A stretch of DNA of 64,000 nucleotides from an uncultured delta proteobacterium (GTDB lineage: Bacteria > Myxococcota_A > Polyangia > Haliangiales > Haliangiaceae): assembly GCA_963848295.1 (NCBI GenBank), contig CAWKDB010000010.1, forward strand, positions 2,176,001 to 2,240,000, given 5' to 3'. The first letter of the stretch is position 1. Each line of letters starts with the position of its first letter. Below are positions 51,871 through 62,461 of this stretch, piece by piece. The position numbers were made by a program, and so were the translations under genes. Under the pieces are notes generated by a model, which did no database searches, had not been told where the DNA came from, and saw nothing but the letters and a program-made list of their open reading frames with translations.

Positions 51871-54756
51871 ATGCAGTTGCGCGACTCCGTGCGAGCCGAG
51901 GCGACCGACCGCACCTGGTCACAGGGCGTCGGACTCGCTCGCGATCGGCGAGTGGTCGGCAGCGGCAAGACCGGGGACGAGCTCGAGCTCGAGGTCCGAG
52001 TCCCGGGCAAGCCGGTGCCGTACACCGTCCATCTCGATCCGAAGCGCGGCGAGTGGGAGTGCGACTGCACGAGCAAAGAGCCTGTGTGCTCGCACGTCGT
52101 CGCGGCGGTGATCGCGAGCGAGCAAGCCGTCGATGGCATGCCGACGTCCGACGAGATCGGCGCGCCGTTGCGCTACTTGCTCGAGCCCGCGCCCGGCGGG
52201 ATCACGGTCGTGCGCTCCCTGGTGCACGGCGACAAGACCGAGACCCTCGGCGGCGCGCTGCTGTCCGCGATCGCGGCGGGCGCGAAGATCGCGAGCATCG
52301 AGGCCGACATCCTCGCCGATCCGATCATCTCGGCGCGCGGCGGCCCGCTCAACGGCGAGCGGCTCGATCGCTTGCTCGCGGTGCTCGAGGGCGCGCGCGA
52401 CGTGCGCTGGCGCGGCGTGCCGGTCAAGACCAGCGCCGAACCGGTGATGCCGCGCGCGATCGTCGAGGATGCCGGCGCCGGCATTCGGGTCCGGATCGAA
52501 GCCGATCCGGCGGTGCTCGAAGTGCTCGCGGTCGGGCTCGTGCGCACGAAGGTCGGCGACGCCGATGTCCTGCGGCCGATCGGTGCGGTGGACCTGTCGG
52601 GCCCGAAGCTCGACAAGCTGCCGCAGTCGTTCCTCGTCGGCCGCGCCGCGTTGCCCCAGCTGATGCGCGAGACCTTGCCCGCGCTCGCCCAGCGGATCTC
52701 GATCGACGTGCGCGCGAGTGGCCTGCCGCAGCTCGGCGGCGCGGAGCAGCCACGGATGCACTTCGACGTCGAACAAGACGGCGACAAGCTGATCGTGTTC
52801 CCGACGCTGGTCTACGGCGAGCCGCCGCGCGCGCGGGTCGACGGCAACGCGCTGACTCACCTCGGCGGGACGCTGCCGGTGCGCGATCAAGACGCCGAGC
52901 GCCGGCTCGTCCATCGCCTGCGCGAGATCAACTTGGTGCCGGGCCGCCGCGTCGAGCTGTCGGGGCGCGACGCGTTCGCGATGCAGACCGCGCTGTCCGG
53001 CTGGTTGCGCGGTGATGCGAAGGCGGTCAACGCGACGAAGGCGGTCGCGCTCGAGCCGCGCGTCGCGGTCGACGGCACGAAGTTCGAGATCGATCTGTAC
53101 GGCGCCGACGGTCGGCACGCGTCGGTCGCGGCGGCGCTGCGCGCATGGCAAGCGGGCGTCGACCTCGTCCCGCTCGAGGGCGGTGGCTGGGGCCGGGTGC
53201 CGATGTCGTGGTTCGATGTCCATGGCGAGCGCGTCGCGGACGTGCTCGCGACGCGCGGCGGCGACCACCGCGTGCCGATCTACGCGCTGCCCGATCTCGC
53301 GCGGCTGTGCGAGAGCCTCGATGCGCCGCCGCCGCCCGAGCTCGATCGCCTGCGGCCGCTGCTCGACGGGTTCACCGGGATCCCGCACGCGGAGTCGCTC
53401 GTGACCGGCGAGCTCCGGCCGTATCAACAGACCGGCTTGGACTGGCTCGCGTTCTGTCGCGACACCGGCCTCGGCTGCGTGCTCGCCGACGACATGGGTC
53501 TCGGCAAGACGGTGCAGGCGCTCGCCGCGATCAAGGGCCGTACGCTCGTCGTCAGCCCGACCAGCGTGTTGTTCAACTGGATGGCGGAGACCAAGCGATT
53601 TCGCCCTGAATTGCGGATCGCGACCTATCACGGCCCGCGCCGCGCGCTCGATCCGAGCGCCGATGTCGTGCTGACGACTTATCCGATCCTGCGCAACGAC
53701 ATCGACGTGCTCGCCGGCGCGCCGTGGGCCAACGTGATCCTCGACGAGTCGCAGACGATCAAGAACCCCGACTCGCAGGTCGCGCGCGCCGCGTATCGGC
53801 TCAAAGGCGGCTGGCGGCTCGTGCTGTCCGGTACGCCGGTCGAGAATCGGCTCGACGAGCTGTGGAGCCAGCTGCACTTCACGAATCCGGGCCTGCTCGG
53901 CGGACGCGCCGATTTCCAGGAGCGCTGGTCCGAGCCGATCTCGAGCGGCGACAACGACGCGGCCGCGCGCCTGCGCGAGCGGATCCGGCCGTTCGTGTTG
54001 CGCCGGTTGAAGCGCGACGTCGCGAAAGAGCTGCCACCGCGGACCGACGCGATCATGTACGTCGAGCTCGACGATAACGAGCGCACGACCTACGACGCGA
54101 TCCGCGCGGCGACGCAACGCGAGATCGTGGCGCTGCTCGAAGCCGGCGGCGGCGTGATGGCGGCGCTCGAGGCGTTGCTCCGGTTGCGCCAGGCGTCGTG
54201 TCACCTCGCGCTGTTGCCCGGTGGCCTGCGCGGCGGCGCCGCGCCGCAGAATTCATCGAAGCTCGTTCGCCTGCTCGACGCGCTCACGGACGCGGTCGCC
54301 GATGGCCATCGCGCGCTCGTGTTCTCGCAGTGGACGTCGCTGCTCGATCTGATCGAGCCGCACCTCGACGCCGCCGACATTGCCTTCACCCGGCTCGACG
54401 GCAGCACGACCGATCGCGCCAAGGTGGTCGGCGAGTTCCAGGCAGACGATGGCCCGCCGGTGATGCTGCTCTCGCTCAAGGCGGGCGGGACCGGCCTCAA
54501 CCTCACCGCCGCCGATCACGTCTTCCTCGTCGATCCGTGGTGGAACCCTGCGGTCGAAGATCAGGCCGCCGATCGCGCGCATCGCATCGGCCAGGATAAA
54601 CCCGTGATGGTCTATCGCATGGTCGCGAAGGACACCGTCGAGGAGCGCATCCTCGAGCTGCAAGACCGCAAGCGCCACCTCGCGGATGCCGCGTTGTCCG
54701 AGGCGGGAGGCGCGACGTCGATCACGCGCGACGACTTGCTCGCGCTGCTGTCGTGA
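51871..54756 (+). CDS. SWIM Zn-finger SNF2-family helicase/ATPase
   Basis: CDC...[48 protein letters not shown]. Confidence 0.94.
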   Translation: MQLRDSVRAEATDRTWSQGVGLARDRRVVGSGKTGDELELEVRVPGKPVPYTVHLDPKRGEWECDCTSKEPVCSHVVAAVIASEQAVDGMPTSDEIGAPLRYLLEPAPGGITVVRSLVHGDKTETLGGALLSAIAAGAKIASIEADILADPIISARGGPLNGERLDRLLAVLEGARDVRWRGVPVKTSAEPVMPRAIVEDAGAGIRVRIEADPAVLEVLAVGLVRTKVGDADVLRPIGAVDLSGPKLDKLPQSFLVGRAALPQLMRETLPALAQRISIDVRASGLPQLGGAEQPRMHFDVEQDGDKLIVFPTLVYGEPPRARVDGNALTHLGGTLPVRDQDAERRLVHRLREINLVPGRRVELSGRDAFAMQTALSGWLRGDAKAVNATKAVALEPRVAVDGTKFEIDLYGADGRHASVAAALRAWQAGVDLVPLEGGGWGRVPMSWFDVHGERVADVLATRGGDHRVPIYALPDLARLCESLDAPPPPELDRLRPLLDGFTGIPHAESLVTGELRPYQQTGLDWLAFCRDTGLGCVLADDMGLGKTVQALAAIKGRTLVVSPTSVLFNWMAETKRFRPELRIATYHGPRRALDPSADVVLTTYPILRNDIDVLAGAPWANVILDESQTIKNPDSQVARAAYRLKGGWRLVLSGTPVENRLDELWSQLHFTNPGLLGGRADFQERWSEPISSGDNDAAARLRERIRPFVLRRLKRDVAKELPPRTDAIMYVELDDNERTTYDAIRAATQREIVALLEAGGGVMAALEALLRLRQASCHLALLPGGLRGGAAPQNSSKLVRLLDALTDAVADGHRALVFSQWTSLLDLIEPHLDAADIAFTRLDGSTTDRAKVVGEFQADDGPPVMLLSLKAGGTGLNLTAADHVFLVDPWWNPAVEDQAADRAHRIGQDKPVMVYRMVAKDTVEERILELQDRKRHLADAALSEAGGATSITRDDLLALLS

Positions 54757-54867
54757 TTGCCATTCGCAATTGCCATTCTTAATGAACGTCGCAGCGAGGC
54801 GAAGCTGCCGCGCGCTGCCGGTGGTTGTTACATCGCGCGCGAAAACGCTGGTGCTAGGGTCGCGCGC

Positions 54868-56094
54868 ATGAAGCGCCTCCACTACGCCGTGATCCTCGCC
54901 GCCGCTGCGTGCAACAACTCGCACGAGGCGCACCCAGACTCGTCGATCGCGATCGACGCCGCACCGGACGCGTACACGCCGGGCCCGAACATCGTCGACT
55001 TCGCGGTTCAAGGCTCGCCGACCGTGTTCCAGTACCGCGACGGCAACGGCCCATGGCTGACCCCCACCGCCGACTCGTCGGGCATGTACGAGCTGCACAT
55101 CACGGATGCCTACCTCGCGATGGCGGTGTGCACGTCGACCGGCCTCGCCGGTGACTTCGACGCCGAAGAATTCGCGGCCACGTACTCCGACGGACCGATG
55201 CAGTCGATCTACTGCGGCGACGGTCCGACGAATGTCGCCCAGACCACGTACGCGGTGACCGGTACGATGAGCCAAGCCGGCTCGATCTCGATGGTGGACT
55301 CCGCGAGCTCGACCACCGCGGACTGGACGTTCAGCCTCGACGTGCCGACCGGGACCTATGACCTGATCGCGCTCGACACGACCCACATCGAGCTCGACCG
55401 CGGCATCTCGATCAGCGCCGACAAGGCGCTCGGCACAGTCGACGTCGATGCCGCCGGCACCGCGCTGGTCTCGAAGACCCTCACGCTCACCGGCGCGGGC
55501 GCGGACGACAGCTACTTCACCGACCTGTTCCTCGTCACCGATCGCGGCGCTGGGTTTTCGACGTTGTCCGGTGGTAACAGCGCGACCGTCATGACCGTGC
55601 CATCCGACTTGCTTCAGACCGGCGAGGACTTCCTGTCGTTGTTCGCCGAAGACTACGCGAGCGACGGCAGCTATCGCAGCGTCGACGAGAGCTGGGACGA
55701 CACCACGGTCACGTTCGCGCTGCCGGCGAAGCTGAGCGGCGCCGCGGTGGTGGTGACCGGCGGCGTTGCGGTCGCGAGCTGGACGGCGCTGCCCGCTAGC
55801 GCGAGCGACGTCATGCTGGGGATGTACGGCGCGACCCAGGCGTCGCAGACGCAGACGATCAATGCGACTCCGAGCTGGCTCACCGCGACCCACGCGACGA
55901 CGCTGAAGTTCGACACCACGGCGCCGATGTTCTCGAGCGAATGGATGGTCGATGGGACGACCGGTTATTACGACTTCGGCGTGTCCAACAGCGACGGGAC
56001 CGGGGCCGGCATCGACGGGGGCGGACTCGCGGTGGCGCAGCGCCATCGCGTCCGGCGCGGCCACCAGGTCGCACGCATGCGCGCGCTCAAGTAA
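54868..56094 (+). CDS. Hypothetical beta-rich acidic lipoprotein
   Basis: MKRLHYAVILAAAAC lipobox; IDAAPDA linker; Thr/Asp-rich. Confidence 0.75.
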   Translation: MKRLHYAVILAAAACNNSHEAHPDSSIAIDAAPDAYTPGPNIVDFAVQGSPTVFQYRDGNGPWLTPTADSSGMYELHITDAYLAMAVCTSTGLAGDFDAEEFAATYSDGPMQSIYCGDGPTNVAQTTYAVTGTMSQAGSISMVDSASSTTADWTFSLDVPTGTYDLIALDTTHIELDRGISISADKALGTVDVDAAGTALVSKTLTLTGAGADDSYFTDLFLVTDRGAGFSTLSGGNSATVMTVPSDLLQTGEDFLSLFAEDYASDGSYRSVDESWDDTTVTFALPAKLSGAAVVVTGGVAVASWTALPASASDVMLGMYGATQASQTQTINATPSWLTATHATTLKFDTTAPMFSSEWMVDGTTGYYDFGVSNSDGTGAGIDGGGLAVAQRHRVRRGHQVARMRALK

Positions 56095-56413
56095 GCGGCG
56101 CGAGCCGCAGGATCTTGCCGAACACGTCGCCGGTCGCGGGATCGATCGCGGGATCGACGAACAGGCGAGTCACCGCGCTGTTGCGCAAGCCGTCGAGGAG
56201 CGCGTCGGAGATCAACGCGCCGACGTCGAGGCCGACCGCGAACAGGGTCTCGTCGTTGCCCATCTCCTTGGCGAACGACTCCGCCGCGGGACCGGTCGAG
56301 AACAGAAAGCCATACGGCCGGCGGCACCACATGTCGTTGCCGTTCGACGTCAAGTACCAGATCCGCGGCGGCAGAAACTCCACCAGCTTCTCGAGCGTGA
56401 CGTCCTCGGACAT
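56087..56413 (-). CDS. Small hypothetical protein
   Basis: 108 aa globular-looking ORF with host codon usage (MWCRRPYGFLFS). Confidence 0.7.
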   Translation of the reverse strand: MSEDVTLEKLVEFLPPRIWYLTSNGNDMWCRRPYGFLFSTGPAAESFAKEMGNDETLFAVGLDVGALISDALLDGLRNSAVTRLFVDPAIDPATGDVFGKILRLAPLT

Positions 56414-56442
56414 GGCCGGACCATGCCACAGTAGCGCCCGCC

Positions 56443-57351
56443 ATGGCTCGTCCTAACGGGTTGCCTCCGAACGCTCGGCGCGGGTATGCCCCGACGGGCT
56501 ACACGATCTGGGTCGTCGGTGACGATCGCGCGGTGCTGCGCGACGCGTACCACACCTACCTCCAACTGCCGTGGTGGGCGTCGCTGCTGTCGATCTGCGC
56601 CGCGATCTTCACGATCGATCTGGTGTTCGCGGTGATCTACTTCTTCATCGGCGGGCTCCACGGCGTACGCGACGGCTCGTTCTTCGACGCGCTGTCGTTC
56701 AGCGTGCAAACGCTGCACACGATCGGCTACGGCGTGATGAGCCCGTCGTCGGGCGCGGCGAACGTCGTGATGATGGTCGAGTCGATGACCGGCGTGATCG
56801 TGATCGCGTTGGCGACCGGCCTCGTGTTCGCGAAGTTCTCGCGCGCCACGGCCCGCGTCGCGTTCTCGCAGCACGCGGTGATCACGAGCTACAACGGCGA
56901 GCCGCACTTCATGTTCAGGCTCGGCAATCGCAGGACGAACGTGATCGTCCAGGCGCAGCTGAGCGCGACCGCGTCGTTCACCGAGACCACGACCGAGGGC
57001 CAGACGTTCTACCGGGCGTACGATTTGAAGCTGGTCCGCGACCGGATGTCGGGCATGCGCCGCGGTTGGACCGCGATGCACGCGATCGACGACACCAGCC
57101 CGTTCAAGGGGCTCGACGCGGCGGGCCTCGCCAAAGCCGAGGTCGAGATCGAGGTCTCGGTCGTCGGCCTCGACAGCGTCACGGTGGAGACGGTGCACTC
57201 GAGCCACGTGTACGACGACAAGCAGATCATCTTCGGGCAGCGGTTCGCCGACACGCTGTCGCCGCTCGACAACGGCGACATGTTGATCGACCTGACCCAA
57301 TTCGACACGACCGTCCCCGACGGTCAGCCCGTGGTAGCTTCTCGACCATGA
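56443..57351 (+). CDS. Inward-rectifier potassium channel (KirBac)
   Basis: DAYHTYL, FSVQTLHTIGYG selectivity filter, FAKFSR, MFRLGNRR, HAIDDTSPF, GQRFAD. Confidence 0.93.
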   Translation: MARPNGLPPNARRGYAPTGYTIWVVGDDRAVLRDAYHTYLQLPWWASLLSICAAIFTIDLVFAVIYFFIGGLHGVRDGSFFDALSFSVQTLHTIGYGVMSPSSGAANVVMMVESMTGVIVIALATGLVFAKFSRATARVAFSQHAVITSYNGEPHFMFRLGNRRTNVIVQAQLSATASFTETTTEGQTFYRAYDLKLVRDRMSGMRRGWTAMHAIDDTSPFKGLDAAGLAKAEVEIEVSVVGLDSVTVETVHSSHVYDDKQIIFGQRFADTLSPLDNGDMLIDLTQFDTTVPDGQPVVASRP

Positions 57352-57830
57352 AAGCTGTGGTGTGGTTCGCGCTCGTGGTTTCGGCGTGCGGTCCCGGGAT
57401 CAAAGGCGGGCCGACGATCAACCAGCCCCCCGTGAGCGAGCTCCAGCCGGTGAGCTCCCCGGTGGTGTCGGCAGACATCCTGGCGCGCGACGTGATCGCG
57501 AACGAGGTCGGGGTCAAGCACATCCTGATCGGCTGGAAAGACTTGCAAGACGGTCATGTCGACGAGCGCGCGAGCAAGCGAACGAAGGCCGATGCCGAGG
57601 CGCTCGTCAAGCAGGTCCTCGCGCAGCTCAAGGCCGGCGCCGACTTCGACGCGATGATGAAGCAATACTCCGAAGATCCGGGCAGCGCGATGAGCGGGCG
57701 CGTCTACCAGGTGTCGCCGCAGGCCGAGCTCGTCTCGGAGTTCAAGCAACTCGGGATGAGGCTCCGGCCGAACGAGATCGGCGTGGTCGAGTCGGACTAC
57801 GGCTTTCACATCATCAAGCGGGTCGAATAA
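57348..57830 (+). CDS. Parvulin (PpiC-type) peptidyl-prolyl isomerase, lipoprotein
   Basis: VSAC lipobox; VKHILI, GADFD...YSEDPGS, VESDYGFHIIKR; ATGA overlap with KirBac. Confidence 0.9.
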   Translation: MKAVVWFALVVSACGPGIKGGPTINQPPVSELQPVSSPVVSADILARDVIANEVGVKHILIGWKDLQDGHVDERASKRTKADAEALVKQVLAQLKAGADFDAMMKQYSEDPGSAMSGRVYQVSPQAELVSEFKQLGMRLRPNEIGVVESDYGFHIIKRVE

Positions 57831-57841
57831 CCTGGCGCGGT

Positions 57842-59131
57842 CTAGACCGAGGGTGCTTCGACGATCTGCCCCGCACGCACGATCGAGCGGCGCAACCGGC
57901 GCAACCGGACGTGATCGATCGAAACAATGACGCACGTCACGACGATGCCGAGCACGAACCCGGCAAACGCGACTTGAGTGAGATGAACCGCGGCCAGGAC
58001 CAGAGCGCCCCACGAGATGAAGTCACGGCGCACCGCGTACGGCGCGTAGGTCGCGAGCCAAGCGAGCCAGCGCGGGAGCTCGCGCTTCGGTGCGATCGCC
58101 TTCGGCGCGGCCGGCTGCAAGCGCACGCTGTTCGGTCGCTCGCCCGCCACGACCTCGAACCGGCCGATGTAGTCCTGGCTGTTCGCCGAGCCGACCGCGA
58201 CGATGATGTTGTAGTAGATGCAGTACAGCGAGATCGTGAACAGCACCGAGGTCGCCGCGATCGCGAGCTTCCACGGATCGACCGGCAGCGCGCCGAAGTA
58301 GCCGGCGCCGTACCTCAGGTGACAATGCCAGCCGATCGCGGCCATGTAGCCGACGGTCGACAGCTCGTCGACGATCGTGTCGATCCACGCGCCGAACCGC
58401 GACGACAGCAGCTTGACGCGCGCGACCTCGCCGTCGCAGCAGTCCAGGTACGACGCGGCGAGCACGATCGCGGTGCCGAGGGTCGCGGAGTTATCGCTCG
58501 CACCTGCGGACAACCAGCAGCCGATCGCGACGAGCACCGCGACGAGGTACGAGATCTGATTCGGGGTGATCGCCGTCCACACGAGCAGCCGGGTCAGCGG
58601 AAACGATACAGGTCGATACAGGTAGCGCGTGATCGCGTTGTCCTGCGGCTTGACCAGGATGCGATAGAGCAAGCGATGCGCTGCGCGGCGCTCGTCGGCG
58701 GTCGCGATCGGAGCTCGCGCGATCGCGCCGTGCGGTACGCGGGTCGGCGCGGCGAGCGTCGCGACATACGCGCTGTCGCTCGTGCCGGTTCCGAGCGCGG
58801 CGATCACGCCGGCGACATCGCCGCCGGTCGCGAGCAAGGCGCCGGCGTAGCCGCCGTCGGGATCGACCGCGATCGCGGTGGTGGCGCGCTCCACGAGCGG
58901 CTGGACGAGCGGCGTGTGCACGAGTTGATCGGCACGAATCACGAGCAACGCAGATCCCGCGTCGTGCCAGCTCGCGAGCTCGGCGCGCTCGCGATCGCTA
59001 TCGATCACGAGTACGCGCCGCGCACCGACGCGGCGAGCGACGCGCACGGCTCGCTCGCGCGCACTGAGTCCCGCGATCCGCACCTGCGCGAGCGGATCGG
59101 TGGCGAGCACCACGGCGTCGAGGACGGACAA
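57842..59131 (-). CDS. CDP-alcohol phosphatidyltransferase with degenerate N-terminal nucleotidyltransferase-like domain
   Basis: ITPNQIS; DCCDGEVARVKLLSSRFGAWIDTIVD matches DxxDGxxAR...GxxxDxxxD; start uncertain (TTG 59131 chosen; ORF open to 59308). Confidence 0.85.
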   Translation of the reverse strand: MSVLDAVVLATDPLAQVRIAGLSARERAVRVARRVGARRVLVIDSDRERAELASWHDAGSALLVIRADQLVHTPLVQPLVERATTAIAVDPDGGYAGALLATGGDVAGVIAALGTGTSDSAYVATLAAPTRVPHGAIARAPIATADERRAAHRLLYRILVKPQDNAITRYLYRPVSFPLTRLLVWTAITPNQISYLVAVLVAIGCWLSAGASDNSATLGTAIVLAASYLDCCDGEVARVKLLSSRFGAWIDTIVDELSTVGYMAAIGWHCHLRYGAGYFGALPVDPWKLAIAATSVLFTISLYCIYYNIIVAVGSANSQDYIGRFEVVAGERPNSVRLQPAAPKAIAPKRELPRWLAWLATYAPYAVRRDFISWGALVLAAVHLTQVAFAGFVLGIVVTCVIVSIDHVRLRRLRRSIVRAGQIVEAPSV

Positions 59132-59391
59132 GTCGGGCGAACGCCCGGCGCGTAGCACCGCCGAAGGCGGAGCGGAGGTAGGAGACAACGCGAATGCTTC
59201 TACCAGACCAACGGCGCTCCTGCGCAAGACCAGCGAGCCAGCGGTCGGTGGAATTTCATGGACCTCAGGTGACAGGAATTCGTCGGATCGGCGGCGCTCC
59301 CGTGCCATATGCGGTGAAAAGTAAACAGGTAAGAGTGGTAAGTGTCTGAAATCCCCACTCGCACATGATTTGCATCACGCGTGAAGCTCCC

Positions 59392-60159
59392 ATGAAGGCT
59401 GTCATCCTCGCTGCGGGTTGTGCGACCCGGCTCCGCCCCCACTCCGACGATACGCCGAAGACGCTGCTGCCGGTCGGCGGGGTGCCGATCCTGCGCAGGA
59501 CGATCACGAGCCTGCTGCGCTGCGGGTTCGATCAGTTCGTGATCGGCACCGGCTATCTCGAGCACATGGTCCGCGACGCGGTCGACTCGTGGTTCCCCGG
59601 CCTCGACGTCACGTTCGTGACCAACAAAGACTTTCGCACGACGAACAACGCGTTCTCGCTGTTGCTGTGCCGCCCGCACGTCGAGAACGACGGGTTCATC
59701 CTGCTCGACGGCGACGTCGTGTTCGATATCGATGTCGTCGCCGAGCTCGTCGAGCGCGGCCCCGACTGCCTCGCCGTGCGATCGGTCGGCGAGATCGGCC
59801 TCGAAGAGGTCAAGGTCACCGCCGACAAGCAAGATCGCCTGCTCGCGATCGGCAAGCACGTGCCGGTGCGCTCCGCGATGGGCGAGTCGGTCGGCATCGA
59901 GCTGTTCTCGGCCGCGTCGAGCAAGCGCTTGTTCAAGGTGCTGCACGAGCGCGTCCGCGTCCAGGGCCTGGTCAACGAGTACTACGAAGCGGCGTTCCAG
60001 CAGGCGCTCGACGAGGGCGCGACCCTGTACGGCGTCGACATCGGCTCGATGTACGCGACCGAGATCGACACGATCGAGGACCTGTTCGCGGCCAACGCGC
60101 GGCTCGCGGCCCGTCCGATGTTCGACACCCGGGTCGATGCGATCCGGCTCGCTGTCTGA
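59392..60159 (+). CDS. Phosphocholine/sugar-phosphate cytidylyltransferase family (NTP transferase)
   Basis: MKAVILAAGCATRL...PKTLL, LLDGDVV, EEVKV, GESVGI, YYE, EIDTIED. Confidence 0.88.
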   Translation: MKAVILAAGCATRLRPHSDDTPKTLLPVGGVPILRRTITSLLRCGFDQFVIGTGYLEHMVRDAVDSWFPGLDVTFVTNKDFRTTNNAFSLLLCRPHVENDGFILLDGDVVFDIDVVAELVERGPDCLAVRSVGEIGLEEVKVTADKQDRLLAIGKHVPVRSAMGESVGIELFSAASSKRLFKVLHERVRVQGLVNEYYEAAFQQALDEGATLYGVDIGSMYATEIDTIEDLFAANARLAARPMFDTRVDAIRLAV

Positions 60160-60260
60160 CACGGGCTATCCGATCTGAGGCGTGTCAGTAGCCTGTTTCC
60201 GCGCGCGAACGTGCGAAGGATCCGGTTTCCCACCGACGGCGTTTGGGGCAGAGTCGGGTC

Positions 60261-60995
60261 ATGGGGATGTTACGTCCGTTCGTCGGCGCGCTCGTCGTAA
60301 CGCTCGCGCTCGCCGGCTGCGCGGTCGCCGAGAAATCGGGACTCGGCGGCCGGCCCGACGGCGGCATCCACTTAGTCGACACCGGCGGTGGTGGTGGTGG
60401 CGGCGACGGCAACACGTCGATCGACGCGCCCGCCGCGCCCGGCGAGAAGACGCTCGATCAGGCGATGAGCGACACCGACGAGCAAGTCGGCATCGCGTGT
60501 GGCCCGACGAACGGCGATCAATACACGCTGCGCAACAGCTACTACCGCGTGTTCTCGCTGCCGAGCTACAACATCTCGGGCGCGTTCCACGTCACGAAGG
60601 TCGACTTCGTCGTCAGCGCCGTGACCGCCGGGACGCCGCTATCGGTCAAGGTCGGCACGTACAGCGGAGCGACTGACGGCGACACGCTCGCGACCGGCAG
60701 CATCTCGGTCATCGACACCACGCCGATCACGCCGGGCGACGGCGACACGAGCGAAGAGGCCGCGTTCGCGACCGACATCCCGGCCGGGAGCAACCTGATC
60801 GTCGAGATCGATCAGACGACGAAGGGCAGCAACAGCAACGGGTACCTGTTCTATATCGGCGCGAGCACCGAGGGCGAGACCGACCCCGGCTACATCAGCT
60901 CGCCGGACTGCTCCGGCGCGGGCACGCCGACGAGCATGACGGAAGAGGCCGGCGGCGAAGCCGACGAGATCATCACGGTCACCGGCACGACTTAG
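60261..60995 (+). CDS. Hypothetical lipoprotein (paralog 1)
   Basis: LAGC lipobox; Gly linker; acidic beta-sandwich with two Cys. Confidence 0.75.
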   Translation: MGMLRPFVGALVVTLALAGCAVAEKSGLGGRPDGGIHLVDTGGGGGGGDGNTSIDAPAAPGEKTLDQAMSDTDEQVGIACGPTNGDQYTLRNSYYRVFSLPSYNISGAFHVTKVDFVVSAVTAGTPLSVKVGTYSGATDGDTLATGSISVIDTTPITPGDGDTSEEAAFATDIPAGSNLIVEIDQTTKGSNSNGYLFYIGASTEGETDPGYISSPDCSGAGTPTSMTEEAGGEADEIITVTGTT

Positions 60996-61077
60996 CTCAC
61001 TTATCGACGTGACGCACGCCGCCGTCGCGGCCGTTCGGGGTTGTACCCGTCGCCGCGCTGGGGCTACCATTTTAGCT

Positions 61078-61815
61078 ATGAGGTGGGCAGTGCTGTGCGC
61101 CGGCGTTGGCCTGGTCGGGGGCTGTGCGCAGGCTTCGATCGGCAACGCGCCTGCCGATACGAACAACAACCACGGCGGCAGCGACGCGAGGACCTTGTTC
61201 GATACCCCGCCGCCTCCGATCGATGCGCGGCCGCCGATCGACGCCGTGAGGGTCATCGACATGGTCGAGTCGGTCAACGCGACGATGACCTACGGGATCT
61301 CGCTGACGTGCTCCGACACCAGCACCGGCAACACGCGCGACAACATCTGGTACCGCGTGTACCGGCCGTCGGACTTCTCCGTGACCGACGCGTTCGACGT
61401 CACCGGCGTGACGTTCTCGGTCCAGGAGTCGACCGGCACACCGACCGCGACGATCAAGGTCGGTACCTACACCGGCACGATCGACGCGACGACGCTCAAC
61501 GCCGCACTGATCTCGCCGCTCGCGACGGCGACCGCGCCGGTGCCGCCGACCTCGGGCGAGACCGGCGAGAACGTGATCGTGCCGATCACCGCGACGATCC
61601 CGGCCGGCGCGATGTTCGTCGTTCAAGTCTCGCTGCCCGACCAAGACTCGACCGGCTACATGTACATCGGCGCGACGAACGCGGGCGAGCATCACCCCGG
61701 CTACTTGTCGTCGACCGCGTGCAGCATCACGACGCCGACGTCCACCGCGATGATCGCCGAAGAGAACATGATCACCGCGGGCGAGATCATCATCGACGTC
61801 GAAGGCCAGTACTGA
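61078..61815 (+). CDS. Hypothetical lipoprotein (paralog 2)
   Basis: VGGC lipobox; shares C...RN/DN.YYR/WYR.F/Y...F.VT.V.F...KVGTY.G...IPAG...YIGA...PGY.SS..C with 60261-60995. Confidence 0.75.
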   Translation: MRWAVLCAGVGLVGGCAQASIGNAPADTNNNHGGSDARTLFDTPPPPIDARPPIDAVRVIDMVESVNATMTYGISLTCSDTSTGNTRDNIWYRVYRPSDFSVTDAFDVTGVTFSVQESTGTPTATIKVGTYTGTIDATTLNAALISPLATATAPVPPTSGETGENVIVPITATIPAGAMFVVQVSLPDQDSTGYMYIGATNAGEHHPGYLSSTACSITTPTSTAMIAEENMITAGEIIIDVEGQY

Positions 61816-62425
61816 CGCCGACGCGGGCGTAGCTGGTCTCGCGGTCCGCCGCGATCGCGTCGAGCCGCCCGGCGAGCTCGGCGAGCGAAGGCGCGACCCG
61901 CGCGTGGTTCGCGGCGGCGATGCGATCGGCGACCGCTGGCTTCTGCGGCTCGCCGCCTCCGACGAGGAGCTGCGCTTGTTGCGCTCGATCGGCGACCAAC
62001 TGCGGCGCGCGCACGGCGTCGAGCACCGCGAACGGCACGAGCTGGAGCAGCGGATCGGGCGCACGGCGCAGGAACGGCACGAGGCGAGCCGGAGTTGCGT
62101 GGTCGAGCACGCCGGCGGGATGAAACTCGGCGACGCCCGCCGCGGGGAGCCGGGCCGCGACGCGATCGCGGAGCGCACGCAGCTCGGCCGGTGCGACGTC
62201 GAGCTCGGGTGCGATCACCATCGCGACCCGGGTTTGCGGCGTCGCGAGCAAGGTCTGCGCCGCGCCGACCCACGCGTCGTCGGTCGGCGTCCCCCACACG
62301 ACCTCGACCGCGAGCTCGCCGCCGACCCGCGCCGACCGCGCCCACGGGCACAGCTCGTAGCTCTCGACGATCTCGACGAGGTAGCGCTCGAAGACGCGCA
62401 GGACTTCGCCGCGCCGGGGATCCAC
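61790..62425 (-). CDS. Hypothetical protein, DUF1415-like
   Basis: EIVESYELCPWA, AEFHP, RRAPDPLLQLV, IAAANH. Confidence 0.65.
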   Translation of the reverse strand: MDPRRGEVLRVFERYLVEIVESYELCPWARSARVGGELAVEVVWGTPTDDAWVGAAQTLLATPQTRVAMVIAPELDVAPAELRALRDRVAARLPAAGVAEFHPAGVLDHATPARLVPFLRRAPDPLLQLVPFAVLDAVRAPQLVADRAQQAQLLVGGGEPQKPAVADRIAAANHARVAPSLAELAGRLDAIAADRETSYARVGVSTGLRRR

Positions 62426-62461
62426 GCAACCATCCTACGCGCGCCGTGTCATCTTGAGCAG

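Noticed and set aside
51871..54756. SNF2 helicase as part of a defence system (DISARM/Zorya-like)
   Set aside because: Stand-alone SWIM-SNF2 architecture with no neighbouring methylase, DUF1998, PLD or Zor genes
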